64,000 bases of DNA, taken from positions 83,824,001 through 83,888,000 of the forward strand of contig CM060731.1 in assembly GCA_030704615.1 (NCBI GenBank), written 5' to 3'. Below, in pieces: positions 38,120 to 49,779 of the stretch; the stretch's first letter is position 1, and every line of letters begins with the position of its first letter. This DNA comes from Takakia lepidozioides (taxonomy: Eukaryota; Plantae; Bryophyta). The translations under genes and the position numbers were made by a program. The notes under the pieces are model-generated. The model had not been told where the DNA came from. It saw only the letters and a list, made by a program, of their open reading frames with translations, and made no database searches.

Positions 38120-38752
38120 ATGTAAAAGAATGGCTTGAAGCCGGACAGTATCACCTTTATATGTGTTCTCTCTGCATGCAGCCACTCTGGCCTACTGAAT
38201 GAAGGAAATCAAGATCATGGTGTCACTCCGACAGTAAAGCACTTTGGCTGTATGGTGGACCTTCTTGGACGTGCAGGACAACTAGATGAGGTAGTGGATC
38301 TGATTAATAAGATGCCAATCAATCTAGACGTTGTGGTGTGGAAGGCCTTGCTTCGTGCCTGCAGAATCCATGGCAATGTGGAGATGGCTGAATGTGCGGC
38401 AACATCTATCCTCAAATGGGATGAACACTAGGATGCCGCGACTTATGTGTTGCTATCAAACATCTATGCTGCAGCTGGTAGGTGGGATAATACTGCAAAG
38501 GTGAGAAGAATGATGAAGAGTAGAGGGGTTAGAAAGGAGCCAGGTCGCTGCTACATTGAGGTTGGCAATAGGGTGCACACCTTTGTTGTAGATGACATCC
38601 CAGAAATTAAGGAAATCCATGCTGAGCTGAGTCTGGGCAGATGAAAGGAGGCGGGGTATGTGCCTGACATGTGTTTGTATTGCATGATGTGGGGGAGGAG
38701 GAAAAGGAATTTTTTGTTTGCCACCACAGTGAGAAGCTGGCCATTGGTTTTG
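38120..38752 (+). pseudogene. PPR C-terminal L2/S2-E-E+-partial DYW region 1
   Basis: ITFICVLSACSHSG, CMVDLLGRAG, VLLSNIYAAAGRW, KEPGRCYIEV, GYVPD, HSEKLAIGF, followed by unrelated sequence. Confidence 0.9.
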
Positions 38753-41349
38753 TGTCTGGAGACAAAGGTAGTGGATCTGCCAACATCCAGTCCAACAAGT
38801 GAAGTCCTGGCAGAACGGGAAGAGGAGATTTCAAGTACCTGGATATTAGGCAAGAGGAACTGACCCTGCTAAGATGAAGTTGACTTGGAAGTTGACTTGG
38901 AAGCTGACGTGTCCAAGGCCATGTTGGAAGAGTGCAAAATGTCCGAACAACAGTTAGGCATAAAACCCTGAACTCATTTCCGGTTTGTGACATGGATGAG
39001 TGAAGGGCAGCCTTGCGTGTGCAAACCTGGGAGCCCTGGAAAAGGGGAAAGAGGTCCATGATGAGATCGTCAAAGCTGGAATTGTACTAGATGTCATTCT
39101 GAACACTGCCCTGGTGGACATGTATGCCAAATGTGGGTGCATTAAGGATGCAAAGGCAGTTTTCAACAAATGCAGGCTGAACAAGATGTGGTGTCATGGA
39201 GCGCGATGCTTGCAGGGTATGCATAGCAGGGAGGCTTTGGAGACCTATGAGCAAATGATGGGGGAAGGGGTGAAGCCCAACCATATCACGTTCCTTTGCG
39301 TTTGCAATGCGTGTGCAAGCTTGGGAGCCCTGGAAAAGGGCAAAGAGGTCCATGATGACATTGTCAAAGCTGGAATTCTACCAGATGTCATTCTGAACAC
39401 GGCCCTGGTGGACATGTATGCCAAATGTGGGTGCATTAAGGATGCAAAGGCAGTTTTGAAAGTTCAACAATATGCAGGCTGAACGAGATGTGGTGTCATG
39501 GAGCATGATGCTTGCAGGGTATGCACAGCAGGGACGTGGGGTGGAGGCTTTGGAGACCTATGAACAAATGATGGGGGGTGAAGCCCAACCACATCACGTT
39601 TGTGTGTGTTTGCAATGCATGCGCAAGCCTGGCAGCTCTGGAAAATGGCAAAGAGGCCCATGGCGACATTGTCAGGGCTGGAATTGTACCCGATGTCATT
39701 CTGAACAATGCCCTCATGGACATGTATGCCAAATGTGGGAGCATTGAGGATGCGAAGGCAGTGTTCAACAATATGGCTGAATGAAATGTGGTGTCGTGGA
39801 CCGCGATGCTTGCAGGGTATGCACAGCAGGATCGCGGGACGGAGGCTTTGGAGACCTATGAGCAAATGATGGTGGAAGGGGTGAAGCCCGACCACATCAC
39901 ATCTGTGCGTTTGCAAGCCTGGCAGCCCTGGAAAAGGGCAAAGAGGTGCAAGGTGACATCGTCAAAGCTGGAATTGTACCAGATGTCATTGTGAACACTA
40001 CCATGATGTGGTGTCATTGAAGACGATGCTTGCAGGGTATCCACAGCAGGGACGTGGTATGGGGGCTTTGGAGACCTTGATCAGATGATGGGGCAAGGGG
40101 TGAAGCCCAACCACATCACGTTTCTATGCATTAGCAATGCGTGTGCAAGCCTGGCAGCTCTGGAAAAAGGGCAAAGAGGTCCAATGGCGACATGGTCAGA
40201 GCTGCAGTTGTACCAAATGTCATTATGAACAATACCCTCGTGGACATGTATGAAGGGAGTGTTTGACAATATGGCTGAATGAGATGGTCGTGGAGTGCGA
40301 TGATTGCAGGATATGCACAGCAAGGGCACGGGATGGAGGCTTTGGAGACCTATGAGCAAATGATGTGCGAAGGGGGTGAAGCCCAACTACATGACGTTTG
40401 TTTGTATTTGCAATGCGTGTGCACTCTTGGCAGCCATGGAAAAGTGCAAAGAGGTCCATGGTGACATTATCAAATCTGGGATTGTACCCGATGGCATTGT
40501 GAACACTGCCCTGGTGGACATGTATGTCAAATGTGGGGTGCATCGAGGATGCAAATGGAGTGTTTGACAGTATTGCTGAACGTGATGTGGTGCGTGATTG
40601 AGGCTGGACTTGAGGGGGATGTCCCTGTGGGGACTGCCCTTGTCAGCATTGTATTGCAGGTGTGAGAGTTTGATGGATGCCACCCGAGTATTTGACGTGC
40701 AATGCCCAAGCGAGATGGGCTCTCGTGGACTGCTATGATTGCAGGATCTGCTCAGCATGGTCATGGTCTTTTTACCTCTTTCAGCGCATGCAAAGAGAAG
40801 GCATGAAGGCAGATATTGTCTCTTTTATTATTGTCCTCAACGCTTGTGCTGGCCCGGAGGCTTTAGAACGGGGCAAGCAGCTCCTTGCCAGCATCATCAA
40901 AGCTGAATTTGAGTCAGATGTTGGACTCGGGAATGCCCTTGTCTTATGTATTGCAAGTGCAGGAGTGTGATGGATGCACTCAATGTGTTTGTCAGAATGC
41001 CTAAGCGAGATGTGGTCTCATGGACTGCGATGATTGGAGGATGTGCAACATAGTGGTCATGGTGAGGAGGCTTTCAAACTCTTTCGACAAATGCAAAGAG
41101 AGGGTGTGAAGCATCCCTGGAACAGGGCAAGTGGGTCCATGCCTACATTATCAAATCTGTGTGTGACTCAGATGCTACGTCAGGAATGCCCTCATTGATT
41201 TGTATACCAAATGTGGGAGTGTAGAGGATGCACGGGAGGTGTTTGACAAAATTCTTAAACCAGATGTGGTCTCATGGACTACGATGATTATAGGATACGC
41301 TCAGCATGGGCGTGGGTCACAAGGCTCTCCAACTGTTTAAACTAGTGTG

Positions 41350-41975
41350 AAGCCAAATGAGGTCACATTTATTGGTGTTCTCTCTGCATGCAGCCATTTG
41401 GGCCTTGTAGATGAAGGTGGTCATTATTTTCAATCCATGTGTCAAGAGCATGGCATTACACCAACATAAAAGCACTGCACCTGCATGGTTGACCTCCTTG
41501 GCCATGCAGGGCGCTTGGATGAAGAATATTTTATTGCCAACATGGCACTCAAACCAGGTGCTTCAGTGTGGGGGGCCTTGCTTGGTGCCCGCAGAATCTA
41601 TGGAAAAGTGGAGTTAGCAGAGTGTGCTGCAGAATGTATTTTCAAGGTGGAATCACAAGATGGATACATTTGCCATTGGAGATAGATCTCACCCACAAGC
41701 AGAGGAGATCTATGATGCGTTAGAGAGATTGACTTGGCAGATTAAGGAGGCGGGATATGATATGCCTGAGACACGCTTTGTGTTGCGTGATGTGGATCAG
41801 CAGATGAAGGAACAGGCTCTTTACCACCACAGCGAAAAGCTGGCCATAGCTTTTGGGCTCATTAGCACACCCCCTAGGACCCCTATCCGCATCATTAAAA
41901 ACCTATGTATATGTGGGATGCCACACTTACACCAAGTTGATATCCAAAATTGTTGCACGAGAAATTATTGCAATG
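41350..41975 (+). pseudogene. PPR C-terminal E-partial DYW region 2
   Basis: MVDLLGHAG, GDRSHPQAEEIY, HHSEKLAIAFGLISTPPRTPIRIIKNL, CHTYTKLISKIVAREII. Frameshift at CxxC and no terminal DYW. Confidence 0.9.
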
Positions 41976-44583
41976 CTTGCAGGGGTATGCACAGCAGGGG
42001 CGCGGGATGGAGGCTTTGGAGCTCTATTCCAAAGTTTATTGAGCCTGTCACAGGCTGTCATTGTCAGCTGCTAGCAGCAAGGCAAGGATGTATGCATGAT
42101 TTGTGCAGAGGCATGGATAGTTGAAGGAGCAGGGATAGAATGTGGGTCCAGATTCATCCAAGGGGACCGGACTTCAAGCTCCAGATTACCTATGATTCCC
42201 TGTGGATCAATAGCTACAAGAAACCTGCATGGGTAGATGGTCAACTAAAGGCACATTTGTTTGCATTTGCAGTGCGTGTGCAAGCCTGGCAGCCCTGGAA
42301 AAGGGTAAAGAGGCCCATGGTGACATCGTCAAATCTGGAATTGTACCAGATGTCATTCTGAACATTGCCCAACGCGATGCTTGCAGGGTATGCACAGCAG
42401 AGGCGCGGGATGGAGGCTTTGGAGACCTATGAGCAAATGATGTGCAAAGGGGTGAGGCCCGACCACATCACGTTTGTGTGTTTTGCAGTGCGTGTGCAAG
42501 CCTAGCAGCTCTGGAATAGGGCAAAGAGGACCATAGTTGCATCGTCAAAGCTGGAATTGTACCAGATGTCATCCTGAACACTGCCCTGGTGGACATGTAT
42601 GCCAAATGTGGGTGCATTAAGGATGCGAATGGAGTTAATTTCAGCATTATGGCTGAACGAGATGTGGCGTCGTGGAACGCGTTGCTTGCAGGGGTATGCA
42701 CAGCAGGGGCGCGGGATGGAGGCTTTGGAGCTCTATTCCAAAGTTTATTGAGCCTGTCACAGGCTGTCATTGTCAGCTGCTAGCAGCAAGGCAAGGATGT
42801 ATGCATGATTTGTGCAGAGGCATGGATAGTTGAAGGAGCAGGGATAGAATGTGGGTCCAGATTCATCCAAGGGGACCGGACTTCAAGCTCCAGATTACCT
42901 ATGATTCCCTGTGGATCAAAAGCTACAAGAAACCTGCATGGGTAGATGGTCAACTAAAGGCACGTTTGTTTGCATTTGCAATGCGTGTGCAAGCCTGGCA
43001 GCCCTGGAAAAGAGGAAAGAGGCCCATGGTGACATCGTCAAATACCAGATGTCATTCTGAACATTGCCCAACGCGATGCTTGCAGGGTATGCACAACAGG
43101 GGCGCGGGATGGAGGCTTTGGAGACCTATGAACAAATGATGGGGGAAAAGGTGAAGTGCAACCACATCACGTTTGTGTGCATTGGCAATGCTTGTGCAAG
43201 CCTAGCAGCCGTGGAAAAGGGAAAAGTGTGGGTCCAGGTTCAGCATCTGCGGCACAATTCATAAAATCAGGCACTGCTAATGAAGGCATCTTCTTCAAAA
43301 CATTTCACCCTGTTTTCCCCCCTTATCGAAATCGTCCTTAAATTTTCATGTTGATTTCTGCAAGTTACTGGTTGAGTGAACCTTTGATAGTTGGCAATGC
43401 GTGTGCAAGCCTGACAGCTCTGGAGAAGGGCAAAGAGGTCCATGGCGACATTGTCAGAGCTGCAATTGTACCACATGTCATTCTGAACAATACCCTCGTG
43501 GACATGTATGAAGGGAACAGTATGGCTGAACGAGATGTGGTGTCGTGGAACTTGATGTTTGTAGGGTCTGCACAGCAGGGGCACTGGATGGAGGTTTTGG
43601 CACCAGATGTTGTGCTTGGCACACTATGTAAACCCAGTAAGACCAGGGAGTAGTTGAGCAGCTCAGTCTCAACCCTTTCCTAGTGCCAACAAACTCTGAT
43701 GTGGATTCACGCCAAGAAAGGTCTGGAAGCTGGAAAGCAGGTGCACACTCACAAGCATCGCAGGGTATGCACAGCAGGGACGTGGGATGGTGGATTTGGA
43801 GACCTATGATCAAATTATGGGGGAAGGGGTGAAGCCCAACACATCATGTTTTTGTGCGATTGCAATGCTTGTGCAAGCCTGGCAGCCCTGGAAAAGGTCA
43901 AAAGAGGTCTATGGTGACATTGTCAAAGCTGGAATTGTACCAGATGTCATTCTGAACTCTGCCCTGGTGGACATGTATGCCCAATGTGGGTGCATTGAGG
44001 ATGCAAAGCAAGGAACTTATGTGTACTCTGTTTATGTACTGAGTGGCAAGGAGGCTTTGGAGATTGTGAATGGGTGATGCCTGGTAGGTGAACCTCATGT
44101 GTATTGTGATGCCTGTGCCAGTCTTTGAGCACTGAAAAAGTGCAGATGGATCTGTATGTATTTGTAAGCCTTTACGTTCTGATCTGAGGTTCTCTGGTTT
44201 TATGACAGGAACAAAACAATTGTGAGCAGGAAGTGAAGGGCCAGCTCCTATTGGAATTCCTCAATCAGCATAGCTGGGCCTGAATCAAACATCAATGGAC
44301 TAGGCCTTTCGTCTTCACTAGGTGTTGTTGCTAAGAAAATAACCGATTGTGAGAGGGTCCCTAATCGAATGATGCTTCCAGGTACAGGTGAAGCAGAGGA
44401 ATATAACATACTGTTACATCGCACTTTGCACCTAACTTCCCAACAAAGCGGTGTAGCATCAACCTCGGTCTGAGAGAGAAAGCCACAGTTCTATAGATTA
44501 GCATGATTAATTTTAAAGTTGCACTCTTAGGGTTTAATAATTCTCCTAAAAAACCCACCGATATATACTTTCATCTGCCCCTG

Positions 44584-44612
44584 CCTCTCTCTCTCTCTCT
44601 CTCTCTCTCTCT
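44584..44612. repeat. (CT)n microsatellite just upstream of ATG 44634
   Basis: Directly visible. Confidence 0.95.
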
Positions 44613-44633
44613 ACACCATACATACAAACAACC

Positions 44634-45364
44634 ATGTCAACGTCGGAAATAGCCGATATAATAGACACTGTAATGGACCAACAAATTCAGGAAATAACCC
44701 ACCAAGACATGACAAACGTGATATACGACAGTTTCACGTCCAATGACCATCATGCCCTAAAGGTGGGGAACACATGGAAGCGCCTGCCCTACAGTACAAA
44801 CTTCCACAGCGCCTTGTGAAACGTCCCTTCGGACCGTGAAGTAATAACAATCTTCGTAGGTATTGCAAAATTCCCCTACCTTGGCAAAACCGGGAATTAC
44901 AGATTCGTGACTTTCGCCAAAGAACTCAAAGACGCAAAATTCACAATATTGATAGAAGACAGCCATTTCTTGTTCAACTACGCAAATACAATACAGAATG
45001 GTTCGATAATTGAAGGAGGAGAGGCGAGGACATGACGTGGATGGGTGGAAACAACATGAGCTTCACGAAAAAGCTCCTAAAAACTAACGCAAACAACAAC
45101 TCTGGCTCGACGTCCAGTAACAACAAACGTCAAAAAACAAACAACGACGGGATGTACAATACAATAGAAGTCCTTAACGAAAATGGCCAAAAAATGGATG
45201 GAGAATCCGTACGTTCAGGGGATCTCGTTGCAGTCAAGTGTAACATCCGATATTGGATGAATTTCCATCACAAGAAACACGGGCTTTCATTCCAATTAAA
45301 AGGGGTCAAACTGTTGGCCAAAGCACAAGGAGGAGACAGAGTGACAACTGGAGCAAAAGCATAG
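44634..45364 (+). pseudogene. Intronless ~240-aa putative OB-fold ssDNA-binding protein (T7 gp2.5-like); one stop and one frameshift
   Basis: The frame continues past the TGA at 44817 to IFVGIAKFPYLGKTGN...AKFTILI, then shifts at ~45032 to SFTKKLL...IEVLNENGQKMDGESVRSGDLVAVKCNIRYW...GLSFQLKGVKLL. Confidence 0.45.
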
Positions 45365-45561
45365 CTTGGTAGAGCTTAAATTAGACACATCTAAACGTTC
45401 CATGTAAGGGCCACCATATTTTCTCTCTCTCATGATCCTCGAGTATGGCCCATCCGTCCGGACGTCCTTCTCAGAAGTCGTCGCTAGTAGTGCGGAGCAA
45501 CGCGAAGCCCTAGTATTATTCTAGAGTTGTTTTCAGTTTCCCCTGTATTGAGCTGTAGACA

Positions 45562-45731
45562 AAACAACCAACATGTAGCCTAGTGGTAAGGGCATATACC
45601 CTCTTACGAGTGGTTGTGGGTTCAAACCACCCCGTTGGTTGTTACAAAGGTGTCCACCTTCCTACCGGAAGGCAGTAGCCATTCTGGGTCAAGTGACACC
45701 ATAAGTTACGCTTGCTTCGACAACGGGTCCA

Positions 45732-45763
<32 letters not shown>

Positions 45764-45768
45764 CCCCC
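45562..45768 (+). mobile_element. tRNA-derived SINE with 12-bp target-site duplication
   Basis: A box TAGCCTAGTGGTAAGG (45576), B box GGTTCAAACC (~45619), T-rich tail, and flanking direct repeat GAGCTGTAGACA at 45550-45561 and 45769-45780. Confidence 0.85.
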
Positions 45769-47159
45769 GAGCTGTAGACATGCAGGATATAGGTGAAAGT
45801 TCTTCGATCCAAATCACCTCTCTTGTGGGTCCTTTCCAGCCCATGTGGTGTTGAGCTAGGGTAGGGTCTCAAAAATGGGATACTCGTCTGGGTGGAGTAC
45901 ATGCTATGAATGAGGTGGAGGCATATAAAACCACCAAAATTGATCGGAGCATTCTAGTAGCTACATATAACAAGAGGAAGCTGGTAAGCTGCAACTATTG
46001 TTCTTTTGAATGTGGGAAAAGTGCAGATTTGAATGCATATGTCACACAAGCACATGCCAATAATCTGCTCTACTTTTACCTTGTTTTGTACCAAAGTGGA
46101 ATGGTGAAGGAGATACATTTGTAAGCTGATTTTTTCCAAAGTTTCTCTTTCCCAATTTTTTGCAAGAGAATATAGCATATAGCCGAGACTCATAATAAAT
46201 GTATGATTGGACGAAGTATAATGGGATAAGGATTAGATAATTTTTTTTGATGGGTAGCAAAGAACATCTAGATGGTCCAACAGTTACATCCAATGGTTGA
46301 GGGTTATGTTAATGCAATCCATGGAACTATATAAGTTAAATATAGCCAATATGTGTAAGCAATTTGGTTCTAGGCTGTCTATGTGGGGACCCTGTTGAGG
46401 GAGACTAGCTGAGAAGGTTGATGCATAAACCTATACTCCATATATTGTAATTTTTTTCTGGGGGACAAATTCATGGCAATTGCAGGCTGCGGCAAGTTAT
46501 GCTTTTGGGGGTAATCAGCTTCGTCAGCCTCAGCTTCAGTACTTGGTGTTCCTGTTTTGGGGACTTGTCCACCTGGTGGGAGAGGTGGGGTTAACCTAGG
46601 GGGAGAACTGGGCAAAGCCATGATTGCCTGCATGCCTCAGTATTGGCAACTTTTGCAAGAAGTGCGCTCAGTATATTGCTATGTTAAATATTAGCCAACT
46701 TCCCTCTTTGGCTTTTCTTCCTTTCTTACTTTAGTCATTTTATTTGTCATTGGGTAAATCTCTCATGTACTTGGAGCATTCTAGCATTACCTGTCTATTA
46801 CTTATCTTTATTAAAGGTTCTCATCTTCATTTAGAAGGTATAAATCAGACATAACATGCTGAAATTGGAGATGCTTTCTCATAGATCTTTCATACTTTGA
46901 AAATTTCAGGTGCATGCGGCAGCATCTCTCGTGCGATGTTTGGATCTTCTGAACACATGGATATGTGGGGAGACCAGTTGTGTTGATAGCAAGAATGGTT
47001 CAGAGTTCGAGGCTCCTGGCCACTGAGGTGGTGACAGAGGGTTTCCTTGTGACATAGCTCATGGCCAAGCCGCTGCACCCTAGAGCCCTTAGGGATATCA
47101 TGTGTGAATTGATTATTTTTAAAGAAAATCATTGAGAAATACAAGTGCCCATTCAATAT

Positions 47160-48076
47160 ATTATATATAACCGCCAATTGCATATATATCCGCCAATTTT
47201 AGGATGCCTCTAACCGTCCTATTCATAACCGTCTAAATTTGAAGAATTTTGTAGAATAGATAACCGGTGGATATACTAAAATAAAAAATTTATCCTTATA
47301 CATAACCATGGAGTGTGTCCATCCCAAAAATATTGAAGTAACCTTAACCGGCGGATATGTAAAATTCTTATAACCGGCCAACACTAGTATCTACCTCACT
47401 CCATGGACTACGTATATATACATATATATATCCTCCAATTTCTAATTATAGGAAAGACAACAGGTCGTGGATCTTGTAACACTTCTTGATATCGTTCATC
47501 TCCAAATCTCCGTACTATCATATCTCTAATCTCTGCCTTACGACGACATATAACTTTAAATTCACACTCCGAAGGAAAATCACTAACAGGGGGTCGATTT
47601 AAGTCCATAATTTTTTTATCCTATTGTTATGACGCACCATCACTACTACCTATTATTGCATCCCTCAAATAAATACTAGGCTATGATACCATTGTAACAT
47701 CCAGGATCTACACAAACTATAATGGAAGTGCTTATCAAATTTTTCCCAAAATAACTCGATGCCTTCTAGGCTTTCATTGCATGTTTATATACCCTTCACA
47801 ATATGATTATTTTAAAGATTTGACTTGAGAGCCTCTTGAAAGTCAAATCTTCTTAAAGTCAACCTTCCTAGGTTTGACATATTCTCCACAATACGACTTC
47901 TCAAAACATTTGACCTACTCTTCATAATATTTATAAATATCTTATAGGTTTGACTTTAGAGCTCTCAAATCAAACTTCGTTAAGTCAAACTTCCTAGGAA
48001 CCTTCCTAATTATTTTGGAAACTTCCAGGGAACTTTCCTCCTCCATCTAGAACCTTCTAGATTCTACCTTATTACA
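47160..48076 (-). mobile_element. Truncated LTR retrotransposon: 5' LTR (47693-48076), tRNA-iMet PBS (47679-47691) and short internal remnant
   Basis: LTR bounded by TGTAA...TTACA. On the minus strand it is followed by A-TGGTATCATAGCC (PBS consensus TGGTATCAGAGC) and then small ORF 47608-47408. No second LTR seen. Confidence 0.75.
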
Positions 48077-48129
48077 AGCCATGGCATTGCGCTTTCCAGG
48101 CTTCAACATCATGACCAACGAGCCTTCTG

Positions 48130-48528
48130 TCAATACTGCATACTCAAGCGAGCTTTGACGACCTTCAAAGGCAGGTCAATCTTTGCTGCATAAAGGCGCT
48201 GCAGAATTTTGGCCGTCCTCGCACCTTGGAATGACTCAATGCACTTCCTTCTCTGCTCCGCCTCCTCAGCCAAGGTGTTAGTGGGCTTGAGACCCTCTAG
48301 AGCAACAGTTAACTCAAACTGCCATACCCAGTGGTATGAAGGCGTGTCCAAGATAAGCTCAGGTCGCTCAATAGGTTCACCAAGGCGAGGATAGTCCACT
48401 TCTATGATCAATGTGGGATCAACAGAGCCGCAAATGACACCAACAAAAACAGCCTCAAAATTGCCCGCAAACGTTTGCTTGTATGCGTTGAGCTCCTCGT
48501 TAGCTGGAGAACGTGATGACGATGCCAT
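48130..48528 (-). CDS. Unknown 132-aa ORF
   Basis: ATG-initiated ORF with protein-like composition. No family recognised. Confidence 0.3.
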   Translation of the reverse strand: MASSSRSPANEELNAYKQTFAGNFEAVFVGVICGSVDPTLIIEVDYPRLGEPIERPELILDTPSYHWVWQFELTVALEGLKPTNTLAEEAEQRRKCIESFQGARTAKILQRLYAAKIDLPLKVVKARLSMQY

Positions 48529-49779
48529 CGCCGTTGATCAAAGGAACACAAGAAAACACAGCAGCAGTGAGCATCAAGTAAAAACACAAACATAAACTGG
48601 AACTGGAAGGCGCCGCCATTGCGAAGCCGTCAGTGTACTTCTATCTGGCGTATAGTCAAAGAAGGTGCAGGTAATGATTAACGAAATCTTGCAACCCGTC
48701 TCCACCAAGATTCTCGCACCCCCGGGTTATTCCTCTTCCTCTCCGGGTTTATGCCAAAAAGAGGAATGTTAGCTCGGTAAAGCGTGCATGCGAGGAAGAA
48801 AGATCTCACGATGAGGAGATGAGATCTCACACTAAATCACACTATTTATCCAACGTAGGTACACACGTACATAGGGATAAACACACTCAAAGTACACCGG
48901 GCCGCTTAGGCTTCCAGGTAATTCTTTATATAATCCCAGGAGGCTAATATGCACAGACAGGCTGGTCACTTCTGATAGGCTGAATAGATTATGTCCATAT
49001 GCTCATCCAGATAGGATGCCACGTAGTTGTTATTAGGATAAGCTAGCTGTTAACTCCAGACAGCCTACATTATTAGGCCAGGGGGGATGCCTCGGCGTGA
49101 GCCTGGTCACGTGAGCGCGTGAGCGCAACTGCGCTCACGCCACGTCACCTTGCGCAAATGCCACGTCACGGGGCTCAGTCCACGTCATCACACGTGAAGG
49201 CCGCGTCACCACGCGCCCAGAAAAGTGGAGTGTATTCCCGCGGATTGGCACCCTTTACCGCGGAAACAAGCTGGACGACATAATAAAAGGCATTGAATAA
49301 AGGATGGATGAATGTACAGTTGGATGATAAACAGATGGATGAGTGTGAAAAATGTATGTAGATGGATGAATGACGGATGGATAAGAGTAAAATGGATGAA
49401 TGTATAATGGATGTTGAGCAATGACAAAAATTCATGACAGGAAGATGCATGACCAAATCTTTTGACGAATGCACAACGTATATGAAATGAGTGTGGAAGG
49501 TTTGTGGGGTGGATTAAAGAGTACAGAGGATGAATGTACAATGGATGTTGTACAAAGGAAGCTTTCATGAATGGAGCACGCATGAATACAGTGTAGATGA
49601 ATGCACAATGGATATGAGAAGAGTCAGGAGGTTTGTGAGATGGATTCATACATATAGCAATTTAAACGAAAGTTGATTCTGTGATTATTATTTGTTCTAA
49701 AGGAACAACTACGGTGGAGGAAAGGGATTCAACGTTTTCCAGATAATATGAAAATGAATATTAAAAGAATACAGTTCAG

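Larger units (their letters stand above)
36000..42957. repeat. ~200-bp non-PPR cassette present three times within the PPR array
   Basis: AGGCTGTCATTGTCAGCTGCTAGCAGCAA...GGTCAACTAA at ~36000-36197, ~42051-42248 and ~42761-42957. Confidence 0.9.
35685..44010 (+). pseudogene. Decayed tandem array of PLS-class PPR repeats with two E/E+/DYW tails
   Basis: Many repeats of ALVDMYAKCG...RDVVSW.AM.AGYAQQG...EGVKPNHITF, with abundant frameshifts and stops. Confidence 0.95.

Noticed and set aside
35685-44010. Functional PPR-DYW editing factor
   Set aside because: Pervasive stops and frameshifts, and both deaminase domains are truncated before the terminal DYW.
45569-45637. Functional tRNA gene
   Set aside because: The acceptor stem is mismatched and the anticodon arm malformed. 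The TSD and tail indicate a SINE.
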